A stretch of 63,715 bases of DNA, filler included, from Octopus bimaculoides (lineage: Eukaryota): assembly GCF_001194135.2 (NCBI RefSeq). It is 8 parts of 8 records of this genome, joined end to end, with 100 filler letters (N's around TTAATTAATTAA, not from the genome) between each part and the next. Parts side by side here need not be neighbours in the genome. Positions count along the whole stretch, not along the records: positions 43,769 to 52,041 come from NC_068982.1; positions 52,142 to 62,343 come from NC_068984.1; 6 more parts are not named here. One strand, written 5' to 3'. The notes beneath the pieces are model-generated. The model saw only the letters and a program-made list of their open reading frames with translations, was not told the origin of the DNA and searched no databases. Within the stretch, counting starts at the first letter, position 1, and each line of letters begins with the position of its first letter. Shown here one piece after another: positions 49,286 to 61,757 of this stretch. The position numbers were made by a program, and so were the translations under genes.

Positions 49286-49683
49286 CAGAGTATCCCAACC
49301 TTTTCTACCTCGAGGCACCCTTGCCAAGCCTTTCAGAAAACCACGGCACCTCTATTAGAAAATCTAATATGACAGTTGTTTTTTGATTCAACATTAATAT
49401 AACAAGACTTTGTCCCTGGATAACAACATCTGTGTAAGAAAACTATGTCCCTGGAATGGATAAAAGATTTTCCTTATTTCACCAATGTTGATATAATGAC
49501 CATAAAATAGATGACAATGCAAAAATGTAAGAAATAATATTTATTGTTAAAATAGTATCAAAATGTATTTTTGACTCTAAATGATCAATCATTATACCAC
49601 ATACGTATGTATATTTCGCGGCACCCCCTCGGTTGACCTCACGGAATCTCAGGGTGCCGCGGCACACCGGTTGGGCACCTATG
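49286..49683 (+). mobile_element. hAT-type MITE, 398 bp
   Basis: TIR CAGAGTATCCCAACC / GGTTGGGCACCTATG (11/15). 8-bp TSD CTCTAAAC / CTCTATAC (7/8). Confidence 0.78.
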
Positions 49684-49835
49684 CTCTATACGGTCGCTCA
49701 ACCCTTCAGAAACAGCGTTCAAATCTACCGCAAATCATACTGAAGTCATAACGAGTACAAATTTATTAACGGAGCCCTAGATACAGTATACCCGAGAACA
49801 AAAGAGACGGAGTGATCATGCCTTTAATTATAGAC

Positions 49836-49903
49836 TTAATTAATCAGGGTTGACAAGGCTAATTAATTGATCAGGGTTGACAAGGTTAATTTATCAGGGT
49901 TAA
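49836..49903. repeat. About 25-bp tandem repeat, 2.5-3 copies, just inside intron 1 of the minus-strand gene
   Basis: ttaatt(a/g)atcagggttgacaagg repeated. Confidence 0.75.
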
Positions 49904-49925
49904 CAACACAAATATTTCTACTTAC

Positions 49926-50066
49926 TACGTCTTTAAAATATTCCAGTTTTCCTTTATAACTATCTTCCGTATAATTCCTCAGACGTCTCGTAATTTTAAG
50001 TTTCTCCTTCTTGTATTTTTCACAACAATCGTCCATAGATCTCTCGTTAAACGACGAACACGCCAT
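49926..50066 (-). CDS. Unassigned minus-strand gene, exon 1 (MACSSFNERSMDDCCEKYKKEKLKITRRLRNYTEDSYKGKLEYFKDV; phase 0)
   Basis: aagATGG start context. Exact GTAAGT donor directly after codon 47. Confidence 0.6.
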
Positions 50067-51039
50067 CTTTTTTTTTTGTTTTGTTTCTAATTTGTTACAA
50101 GTTCGTTGAGTTTGATTTCAAATTTAGTAAATAAAATATCAAACTAATATAGAAGTCTTCAATTTAGGTAGATTTTTTTTGTATCCAAATGAACAAATGA
50201 ATGATAAAAAGCACTTAAGAATTTACTTTCTCGAATGTATATTTGAAAATATATTAAAATTACAATTTGAAGAAAAAAATACAGTGTCCTTCTCGAAATT
50301 TAAACATTTAGGTCTGTGAAATCTGCCGAAAGTGTTACAAACCTTAGTTTCTTCGGAAATAAAAGTGTATTAGCAAAATAAAAGTTCAAAGTCTTCTCTT
50401 AATAATAATAATAAACATCATCAGTAATTAAAAACAATAGGTACGATTGAACATGAAATATATTTATAATGCAGTCGATATATGTTGAACAAATTAAAAA
50501 AAAAAGTTGTTTCTTTCTTCTGGTAATGATTTAACAAATAAATAACCAATGGACTTTTACCGGTGAACCTTCGACAATTCCATTCAGACCAACACCCTTC
50601 TTTTGTTGGTTTATTCTATAATTGTTAAATATTGTTGTTTACAAACTTGTGCTCTTATCAATTCCTCTTTGAATAGATACAGAATAGACTCTCTCTCTCT
50701 CTCTCTTTTGTCAAGGGAGGATGTGTAGTTGATAAAATCGACTCTGTCATATTATTGGTGCTTGTTTAATCGACCTCAGTCTGAAGAATGATGTAACCCA
50801 ACAGTAGAATTTCAATTTAGAGCGTGGAACATTGAGCTTACGGAATGGCGTTTACCCAACACTCCACCCCATATTTTACACACACACACACACACACAAA
50901 CATTATTTTAGTCAAACAGAAACTAATTTTGCACAAATTTTTATTGTCCCATCCAGCATGTTCCTCCTCTTTGGTATTTGCGACGTCTAGTACCTCCAAC
51001 GTTTAAATTTTAAGAGAAATTACTAAAGCAGGTAAGAGC

Positions 51040-51360
51040 GCTCCGTCGGTTGCGACGACGAGGGTCCCAGCTGATACGATCAACGGAACAGTTTCCTCGT
51101 GAAATTAACGTGCAAGTGGCTGAGCACTCCACGGACACGTGTACCCCTAATGTAGTTCTCAGGGAGATTCAGCGTGACACAGAGTGTGACAAGGCTGGCC
51201 CTTTGAAATACAGGTATAACTCATTTATGCCAGCTGAGTGGACTGGAGCAACGTGAAATTAAATGTCTTGCTCAAGGACACAAAACGTCACCGGGAATTG
51301 AACTCACAACCTTACAATCGTGAGTCGAATGTCCTAACCACTAAGCCATGCGCCTTCACA
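51040..51360 (-). mobile_element. SINE with family-C 3' body but a different tRNA head and central module
   Basis: Shares about 170 bp of body, then diverges into GTGAAGGCGCATGGCTTAGTGGTTAGG...GTGTCCTTGAGCAAGACA...AGTCCACTCAGCTGG. Confidence 0.75.
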
Positions 51361-52001
51361 CTAAAAAAGGTGAAGAGTGATTATTCGGGTTTCTTAGGCG
51401 AGCTGGCAGGATTGTTACTGCGACGAGCGAAAAATGCTTTTTATCTGTGTTTACGTTCTGAGTTCAAATGCCGTCGAGCACAACTTCGACTTTGCTCCTT
51501 TCGGGGTTGATAAGATAATTACCAGTTGAGCACTGGGGGCCGATGTAATCGACTTCCCCACTTCCCTTAAAATTGCTGGCTTTGTGCCATAATTTGAATG
51601 CTATATTCTAATCTCGACCAAGATATGTTTTTTTTTTTTGCTTGAAAATTTATTTAAATATTTCATTTGTAAGAAAATCACTTCCCTTGTAAATACCCAG
51701 GACCTCCTTATGAACATATGATGCTCACAATGAGATGCTGATAGTAAGAATCAGAAACTATTGACACTCTTGGGGAAGGTTGGGGATAATCAGCACCACA
51801 ATGGAACAACCCATCAACCCACCTCAAACTGAGAAAGAAAAAAGAAGTCGACCGACAGCACGATAAAGCAGACCACATCAAAGGTGCCACAGAAGGAAGC
51901 AGAGGACTCCCAAGAGGGACACCCCAAAGGAACCACCACTAACCTTGTTCTAGGAGAGCCACGACAGACGGACAATGGTCAAAAAGAGATGAAAAATGAA
52001 C

Positions 52002-52041
<40 letters not shown>

Positions 52042-52141
52042 NNNNNNNNNNNNNNNNNNNNNNNNNNNNNNNNNNNNNNNNNNNNTTAATTAATTAANNN
52101 NNNNNNNNNNNNNNNNNNNNNNNNNNNNNNNNNNNNNNNNN

Positions 52142-52432
52142 GTGAGTGGATTTGGTAGACGGAAACTGAAAGAAGCCCGTCGTATATATGTACATGTATA
52201 TATATATGTATGTATGTGTGTGTGTGTGTGTTTATGTGTCTGTGTTTGTCCCTCCAACATCGCTTGACAACCGATGCTGGTGTGTTTACGTCCCCGTAAC
52301 TTAGCGGTTCGGCAAAAGAGAACGATAGAATAAGTACCAGGCTTACAAAGAATAAGTCATGGGGTCGATTTGCTCGACTAAAGGTGGTGCTCCAGCATGG
52401 CCACAGTCAAATGACTGAAACAAGTAAAAGAG
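52142..52432 (+). mobile_element. SINE family A (5' end cut by scaffold join)
   Basis: High identity to the other family-A copies. Confidence 0.8.
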
Positions 52433-53491
52433 AGTAAAAAAAAAAAAAGAGTATCTATATATGTATATATATATATACACAGACTCACACACGCATACAC
52501 ACACATTCTTTTACCATAGATAAAGGAAACCCTTAATATTGGCTGAGTAAGGAAATAGCTCACAATGCAGACGCACCCGTGGCATCTGTTCTGCTTTCTA
52601 CACGACTGACATTCAAGACTAGGTCGGTATTGGGCCAAATAGTCTTCGGTATGTGTTATATGTACGAAAGATTCCTTTTGTACGAACGTGTACGCTTGTA
52701 CATATAGTAATCTAAGCATACATACGTCTACACACATACTTACGTATGTATACGTGCATAAAAACATACATCCAAACGTACACACCTAGACAGATCACAT
52801 AAACACACGTGCAAACACACGCATACATGCATACACACACATATATGTATGTATGTATGTACGTATATATGTATATATATNNNNNNNNNNNNNNNNNNNN
52901 NNNNNNNNNNNNNNNNNNNNNNNNNNNNNNNNNNNNNNNNNNNNNNNNNNNNNNNNNNNNNNNNNNNNNNNNNNNNNNNNNNNNNNNNNNNNNNNNNNNN
53001 NNNNNNNNNNNNNNNNNNNNNNNNNNNNNNNNNNNNNNNNNNNNNNNNNNNNNNNNNNNNNNNNNNNNNNNNNNNNNNNNNNNNNNNNNNNNNNNNNNNN
53101 NNNNNNNNNNNNNNNNNNNNNNNNNNNNNNNNNNNNNNNNNNNNNNNNNNNNNNNNNNNNNNNNNNNNNNNNNNNNNNNNNNNNNNNNNNNNNNNNNNNN
53201 NNNNNNNNNNNNNNNNNNNNNNNNNNNNNNNNNNNNNNNNNNNNNNNNNNNNNTATATATATATATATGCACACAACAGGCTTCTTTCAGTTTCCGTCTA
53301 CCAACTCTACTCACAAGGCTTTGGTCGTCCCGAGGCTATAGTAGAAGACACTCGTCCAAGGTACCATGCAGTGGGACTGAATCCGAGACTATGTGGTTGG
53401 GAAGCAAGCTTCTTACCACACAGCCACACATATAATCATGCACACTCATTGATGCATACACACACAGCATACGTTCACATACATACACACA

Positions 53492-53526
<35 letters not shown>

Positions 53527-53543
53527 TTACGTAGATAAATATG

Positions 53544-53585
<42 letters not shown>

Positions 53586-53854
53586 TATCAAGGGAAAACG
53601 AAAAGATAAAGAAATATAGCCCCACCCTCCTATTTCTTTTGAATGGGATGAGATGGGTGCATGAGGTGTTGGACGTGGTGTTGGATAGGTACCCATTTCC
53701 CATATAACACATCGAAGGGGTCAGCAAGCAGCTTTGCACTGTTTCTATCGTCTGCTTTAAAAGTAATCACATTTTTATTTATTCCACCACCAACAGCAGT
53801 TAACAGTAGCAGAAACAGCAATTAGCAGCAGCAGTAGCTGAAGTAGTAGTAGCT

Positions 53855-53925
<71 letters not shown>

Positions 53926-54401
53926 GGTGGTGGTGNNNNNNNNNNNNNNNNNNNNNNNNNNNNNNNNNNNNNNNNNNNNNNNNNNNNNNNNNNNNNNNNN
54001 NNNNNNNNNNNNNNNNNNNNNNNNNNNNNNNNNNNNNNNNNNNNNNNNNNNNNNNNNNNNNNNNNNNNNNNNNNNNNNNNNNNNNNNNNNNNNNNNNNNN
54101 NNNNNNNNNNNNNNNNNNNNNNNNNNNNNNNNNNNNNNNNNNNNNNNNNNNNNNNNNNNNNNNNNNNNNNNNNNNNNNNNNNNNNNNNNNNNNNNNNNNN
54201 NNNNNNNNNNNNNNNNNNNNNNNNNNNNNNNNNNNNNNNNNNNNNNNNNNNNNNNNNNNNNNNNNNNNNNNNNNNNNNNNNNNNNNNNNNNNNNNNNNNN
54301 NNNNNNNNNNNNNNNNNNNNNNNNNNNNNNNNNNNNNNNNNNNNNNNTACCAGCCCCACCCCCACCCCCGTCAGCAACATCAGAAACACAATTAATTAGC
54401 T

Positions 54402-54439
<38 letters not shown>

Positions 54440-55937
54440 CGGCAACAGCAATATTAGCAAGAACGGCATTAGCAACGATATCTACAGCACCACACCTACA
54501 TATTTAATGTGGCGATGTTCCACACCTTTTGCTTAGTGCCAAACGGAAGGACGGAATTCCTACCAAAAAAAAAAAAAGAAAAAAGAAAAAACAGAAAGGT
54601 AATAATAAAGAAATATATGAATAAACAGACAAATAAATAAATAAAACAAAGAAAAGAAGAAATAAAAATTCAAGGAAGATCAAACAAGAAAAAGTCTTTG
54701 GATTTCAAACATGAATTTGTATCCATTATAGCCTGAACATTCCGGCACTATTGAACGCTCGTTAAGAAGGCGACGAGATGGTAAGGCAGTAGAAGTTTTT
54801 ATTTTTTTAAAATTCTATCTTGTTTCAATCATTAGACTGCAACCATGCTGGAGCATCGCCTTGAAAAATGTTTTTTTAGTCGAATAAATCGACCCTAGTA
54901 CTTGTATTTTGCTGAGCGATGTACTTATTATATCGGTCTTTTTTGCCGAACCGCTAATTACGGGTACTTATAACACACCAGCACCGGTCGTCAAGCGGTG
55001 GTGGGACTCTCTCTCACGCACGCACACATACACACACATAGACGTTTCAGCCCTAAGACTGTGGCCATGCTGGGGCACCCCCAATATAAAAAAATGCGCC
55101 CAACGTGGGGCGCCCGGCTACATATATGCGACGGGCTTCTTTCAGTTTCCGTCTCCGAAATCCACTCACAGAGCTTTGGTCAACCCGAGACTATATAATA
55201 GAAGATACTTGCTCAATGTGCCACGCAGTGGGACTGAATCCAGGACCATGTGGTTGGGAAGCAAACTTCTTACAACACAACCACGCCTATTTTATCTTAT
55301 TTAATTTTTGTATTCGGCCTAAAGCTCATAAGGCCCGTTACCTGGTTTCCGTTGTGCATAAGTGACGGAGATCACAACATTGATCCTATACGGTACAACG
55401 ATCGGTCGTGGGGCTCAAGGCCAGAAATTTTGAGGGCAGGGTAAAAGTTGGTAACATCGACTCCAGTTCTTGACTGCTACTTTATTTTATTGGCCCCTAA
55501 GGGATGGTAGTCAGAGCTGACCTCGGCAGCATTTATCGAAGTAAATCTGCCTTGACGTTCCCAATCCTGCCGAGTTCAGGTAAAATGTCTTGCTTTATCT
55601 ATTCTGGTTCTTTTGGGCTCTGAGTTCAAATCTCACCAACGTCAATTTTACCTTTCTTCCTTGAGGGAGTTGAGTAATGAAATACCAATCAACAGTATTG
55701 TTATGGTGGCGGGCTGAGGTTGATTCTTCTCCTTCTCAAGGAATTGGCTCAGGATCTATAACGTTAAAAGGATTGTGAGATACTACATACGAAGTATCTT
55801 ATATATGTTTCGCTTAGGCATTGTGAGAATAATAATCTGGTGTAGAACTCAATATACATATGCTTCAGAACAAAGGGTTCGAGGTTCCTATGATGCTATG
55901 TTACTTAGACACATAACTATGGGTCTACTACATATAG

Positions 55938-57760
55938 TGAGAAACGAAAAACGAAAACATAAAAACGAAAACAGAAAAACGAAACAGAAAACGAACTTTT
56001 TTCGAACAACGAAAAAAAAGAGAGAAACGAGATATGCAACATAAAGAGTATACCCCTTCGTCAGTTGTCCCGGTCCATCTACTCCGCGTTTCGAAGGCAA
56101 GGACAATACGTGACTTCGTTGGAACAGTCCTTCCCGCAAAGCAAATTAAATAAAATTTGGAATTGTTTGCGAAGGGTGAAAGTGTTAACAAGAACAGGAC
56201 AGTGAGAACAAGACAATAAAAACAACATAGTAAAAACATGTAAAAACACGACAGTAAAATCAAACGGTGAGGGCTGTTGGGCTCTCTCCCACCTCAATGA
56301 GATAATTTTTATCGTATTTCATACAAAGTTTCTTATTTGGGACATCTTTGTAATCGTGTCTGGCAGGTCGATTAATTCTTCGATATTCACCTCTGTGAAG
56401 GAAATAACGTTACATTTTTATTTTTGTCAAGTTACCATAATACTCTTTTAACGTTCATGCCTCTCAAAAGGGCATTTTTAAAAGCTTTGAAATATATTAT
56501 GTTTTCAATGTCAGTTTGTTAGAAGTTCGGCATCATGAAAAACAAAAAAAAAACAACAAAAAAAAAAAACAAAGAATTATTGAGGAAATAACACATTTCA
56601 GATACAATCTATACGTTCCACTCTGATCTTCAATTTAAAATCCTAATTTTCGCATTCAATGATGATTAGTTTGATAACGTACACCGTGATCATTAGTCAT
56701 AATTATCGATTTGAGATGAAAGGCCGAAAATTGGTTCCTACTGCTTGACATCTTGTTATGGTGACAGCTGCTTAATTACAAATGTTTCGTACTCGACAGA
56801 CATATAACTGGCCATTAATATTTAATACCCAAAGATTCGTAAATAATCAGTATGTTAACCTTAAATATTTGATGATCGGTACATAGATATGCATACACAC
56901 ACATACATACACACATATATATACATACACACACACATACATACATACACATACAGGAACACACACACATATATTTACATATATATATGTGTATGTATTA
57001 TTCAAAGTATTCAGTATTATAAAACCATTATTGCTGACCTTATCAATCGGTTTCGCACTAGGTATTAAAGCAAGGTGTTAGATAATAGTACGGTTAAGTA
57101 ATACTATATCTGCTAGCTCTGAAGAGCGCATTGTATTACTTCACCATGCTGTTATCTAACATCCGGTTTTAATACCCAGTACGAAACCGATTGTTTATAC
57201 TGTATACTTTAATTAATATACTCACTCTATCGACAAATTTGCGAGTGCATATTTTTTCTAACTTATGGATTCTTAGATGACTATGTATGTTTATATTTTG
57301 GCATTCATATAACATGATGAATATACGATATGTTTGATTGAATAAATATGTCTACAAAATCATGCCAATATTTTTGTTAAACATATGTTTAGTTTCCCAA
57401 TAAAATTAAAATCCATGATTAAATCACCAGGTTCCTTCGCAGCTTGATACAAGGATCGAAATAGATAGTTTCTTCTTTCTTAAGGCTCATCAGGAAGATA
57501 GCTTACATCTGCCTTCCAAACTACCCAACGAATATAGCGTTCAGTTATTTATTACAGATGTAAAAACAAGTTTGGGTTTTACATAATGGTAGACGGCTGG
57601 CGGCATAATTATAGGATCAAAACATTATATATCAAGAAAGACGAAACTATTTGTTTCGTTCTTCATTCTAACTCGCCGAAAGGCCTCGTATTTTAATCAC
57701 AGAGTCAAATTTTACATCGTGATTATTTATGTGTTTATCAAACATGTGAATATGCCCTCT

Positions 57761-57805
<45 letters not shown>

Positions 57806-58118
57806 ATATATATATATATATACAAGACAGTAAAAACAAGTAAAAACGCGACAGTCTTGTTCTCACTGTCCTGTTCTTCTTAACACTTTCACGCTCCGCA
57901 AAAAATTTCAAATTTTATTTAATTTGCTTTGCAGGAAGGACGGGTCCAACGAAGTCACGTATTGTCCTTGCCTTCGAAACGCGGAGTAGATGGACAGGGA
58001 CAACTGACGAAGGGATATACTCTTCAAGCTGCATGTCTCGTTTCTCTGTTTGTTTGTTTTTTTTTCGTTGTTCGAAAAAGTTCGTTTTCTGTTTTCGTTT
58101 TTCGTTTTTCGTTTCTCA
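55938..58118. repeat. Inverted pair of about 270-bp repeat copies (55938-56214 and 57854-58118)
   Basis: Arms are reverse complements over most of their length (e.g. cttcgtcagttgtcc...gtttcgaagg vs ccttcgaaac...ggacaactgacgaag). Confidence 0.85.
57044..57193. repeat. About 150-bp imperfect hairpin (small MITE-like foldback)
   Basis: 45-nt arms caatcggtttcgcactaggtattaaag... / ...taatacccagtacgaaaccgattg, plus inner aagtaatac/gtattactt. Confidence 0.75.
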
Positions 58119-58266
58119 TTGTGTTTAACGTTTTCTTGATATCCTGTACCCATATATGTATGTATGTATACATATAGATGTAGGTATTTACATATATGTA
58201 TGGATATATGCATATATCTATATATTTATATTATTATATGATCGAACGCCACGCATCCTTTTACAA

Positions 58267-58320
<54 letters not shown>

Positions 58321-58952
58321 CAACTGTTTGACATTAAAGTTCTTTGCATGCAAGAACGCTACTCATATTTAACAGGAAAAATCGTTAAAGCCTTCCAATT
58401 TGATGTTTTGTTCCAATAAGAAGTGCGTAGTATTTGAAGTGTGAATCCCAACAGGATTATGCAATTAAACACTGGGAGATATATCTAACGACGTCCTTTA
58501 ATTATATTCTTACTTCAAAGCCAAACCCAGAGCTGTTTAATGTTGTCTTTCATTACTCCAGTGTCGATAACATTGAGTACTAGTTACATATATGACAATT
58601 TTACTATATCTACTCTGGTCTTTGTGGTAAAGTTAGAAATCAATATTTCGCGCAGCAAGGCAAACAGTGCATTAATGACAATGGTAAGGCACCAGTTAGA
58701 TTATCATTTCTACCTTCTTGCTTTAGTCGTTTCATTTTATTTTGATTAATTTATTTTTCTATGTTTGGTTTTGTTTTTTTCGGTTTCGAAATTAAATTCC
58801 TGTCGAGATTACGGTTACATTGATTCTTAAGTTGCTGCTGTTGCTTTTGTTGTCTTTGTTTAGTCACGAGTTAGCCTATGATTAAAGGCATTCCAGTCGT
58901 GACTATTCCTTTCAATTTTTTTTTTTTCATATGTGCAGAGAAATTGTTGTTG

Positions 58953-59334
58953 TTGGCACTCCGTCGCTTACGACGACGAGGGTTCCAGTTGATCCGATCA
59001 ACGGAACAGCCTGCTCGTGAAATTAACGTGCAAGTGGTTGAGCACTCCACAGACACGTGTACCCTTAACGTAGTTCTCAGGGATATTCAGCGTGACACAA
59101 AGTGTAACAAGGCTGGCCCTTTGAATTACAGGCACAACAGAAACAGGAAGTAAGAGTGAGAAAAAGTTGTAGTGAAAGAGTACAGCAAGGTTCGCCACCA
59201 TCCCCTGCCGGAGCCTTGTGGAGCTTTAGGTGTTTTCACTCAATAAACACTCACAACGCCCGGTCTTGGAATCGAAACCGCGATCTTATGACCGCGAGTC
59301 CACTGCCCTAACCATTGGACCATTGCGCCTCCAC
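58953..59334 (-). mobile_element. tRNA-derived SINE family C, apparently full length
   Basis: Head GTGGAGGCGCAATGGTCCAATGGTTAGGGCAG...TTCGATTCC. Body shared with 1-273, 24123-24388, 51040-51360 and 44708-44944. Simple-repeat tail. Confidence 0.82.
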
Positions 59335-59748
59335 GCAGGGAAATTAGTACCACGTTATCCAACATCTCTATTTCCGTGGCAGTGGAGCGTAACGTAAGAG
59401 TAATTTAGCTACTACCTTCAGCAGAGGAAAGACGATGAAGAGGTTATCCCATAACCCTTTGGGTTATGGGAAGAGGAACTAATAAGGAAAAGCTGCACTG
59501 GTATCGATTCGATCGATTACACCAGTTTCCCTATCTAAATTGGTTCTGTATGTAATCACCGAAAAGAAAAATAAGAGAAAAAAACAATGACTGCGTTGTT
59601 AAGAAGCTCGCTTTGCAATCATGAAGTTTCGGGTTCAGTCCGTCTGCACGGTACTGTGGGCAAGTGACTACTATTATAACTCTTGGCCGACCAATACCTT
59701 GTGAGTAAATTTGTCAGATGGAAACTGCGTCGAAGTACGTCGTATATA

Positions 59749-60140
59749 CGAGCTGGTATCAAAAAGTTCCCGAGCTCGTTCTGTAGCACACCAACAGACG
59801 GCAGCACACGGTTGCGTGCGCAGTGAGAGCTAACAGTGATCTTCATGAAGTAGTGTGTTGAGCGACATTGCTATGTTTATTTTACAAGTTGTGAAATTTG
59901 TGTTTTTGTGATCGCGTATGTGCTGTACTCTGCGATTTTGTCAATGACAAGAAGTTGGAACAAAGAGCCAATGTGACATTTTGCGTTAAACTTAGGAAGT
60001 CTGTTACGGAGTCATTGAGCATGCTTCGGCAAACTTACGGTAAAGAGACAATGGGTCGTACGCAATGTTTCGAGAGGCACGGGCTCTTCAAAAGCAGAAG
60101 AATTTCTTTGATACGAAATGATTGTAGAATGCGGGCGAGA
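59749..60140 (+). mobile_element. Mariner 5' fragment (TIR plus transposase N-terminal HTH), inserted at TA in a SINE microsatellite
   Basis: TA|CGAGCTGGTATCAAAAAGTTCC terminus. EQRANVTFCVKLRKSVTESLSMLRQTYGKETMGRTQCFE. Confidence 0.82.
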
Positions 60141-60605
60141 TGAATGAAGGTAAATATATTTTAAAGTTATGCATATTATTTTCATAAAATATGAGGCTAT
60201 ACAGCTGAAGATGGTAATATGTATTAAATTTAAATCAAATTAATTTTAAAAATTAATCTATTTAGTTTGTGCACACACACACATAATTTGCCGCCGTCTG
60301 TCCACGGCAAGTTAGAAGCATGTTAAATTGTGAACGACAAAGCATGACTTTTTCTTTCTCTGTATACACTGGTATATATATCTATATATATATATATATA
60401 TACGACGGTCTCCTTTCAGTTTCCGTCTACCAAATCCACTCATACGGCTTCGGTCATTCCAAAACTATTGTAAAAGGCACCTGCCTAAGGTGCCATGCAG
60501 TAGGACTGAACTTGGATCATAGTAGTTGGGAAGAAAACTTATTACCACACAGCTACACCTGCGCCTATACGCGCATGCATACATACATACATACATACAT
60601 ACATA

Positions 60606-60654
<49 letters not shown>

Positions 60655-61005
60655 TACACACATACATACATTAACTGGTCAAGAATATATCTTACTGACA
60701 CATTGTGACAAGTTCAATTATTTTACCATTACAGCTTTTGGAAGTCAATCAATTATTCTTGACAATAAATCAATATTTGATGAATATAGAGTTCGTTTTG
60801 CAGTCGCAAAACTCAGGTCATTCTGCTAAAATAACGTCTAATATCTTTGGACTCCAATCCAATCAAGAACCCCCACTAACGACCAAGACCGACATCATGT
60901 TGCTCTCCATGATATAAATCTTTCAAAGGCTTTCTATAATCCATCTTTGATGCCTTGGCTATACAAATCATTCAAACTGCATTCTGAATGTCAGCATGTA
61001 ACATT

Positions 61006-61215
61006 CAAGGGGGTGCTGTAAAGTTTCTGGCTTTGGGTAAAAGAAAGTACAGGAGAATCCGTTAATTATGATTTTATTCAACATATTCCCCTGTCAGATT
61101 CGCACACCTATTACAGAAGTCCTTCAGATTTTCTAAACCCTGTAAAAGAATTCGGATGGTTGGACTTCTAACCAGGCTTTTGGCGATACCTTTAAAGGTA
61201 GGGACTCTACCGCTC
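61006..61215 (-). mobile_element. Mariner 3' fragment (transposase C-terminus plus TIR)
   Basis: AWLEVQPSEFF/QGLENLKDFCNRCANLTGEYVE* (frameshifted) next to a gggggtgctgtaaagtttctggc TIR. Confidence 0.75.
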
Positions 61216-61669
61216 TCCGAACTCCTCGATCTACAAACACATCGACCCTAGCTCTCTCTGCATTGTGAATATCTATCTCATTCCACAAAGTTATCGTTCT
61301 TAGTGGTATCAATACTGACAACTTTTAGCTCTCAGAGTTCTTTCGTATTGATTTGCCGCAGTAGAAACTGAATACAGGAACGCAAATATAGTTATGTTCA
61401 CAAACACGTAATTTTGTATTCCATCCCACTGCGCAGCTTTTTGTGGAAAGTGGGGAAATTAGTACTGGGGTAGATCTGATAGACAAAGGAAACCCCACAA
61501 GCCTGTATGCCAGCATGGCTGCAGTCCAATGACCGAGACAAGCAAAAGTAAAACAAAGGTAGTTGTAAACATCGTGGTCACAAAAAAGAAGATCGAGCGA
61601 TATATATATACACATATATATATATATATACATACACACATACATACATACACACATACATACATACAA

Positions 61670-61701
<32 letters not shown>

Positions 61702-61702
61702 A

Positions 61703-61757
<55 letters not shown>

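Noticed and set aside
59262-59334. tRNA-like sequences (also 31918-31975, 44708-44775, 51290-51360)
   Set aside because: They are SINE heads continuing into repeat bodies; acceptor stems are not intact.
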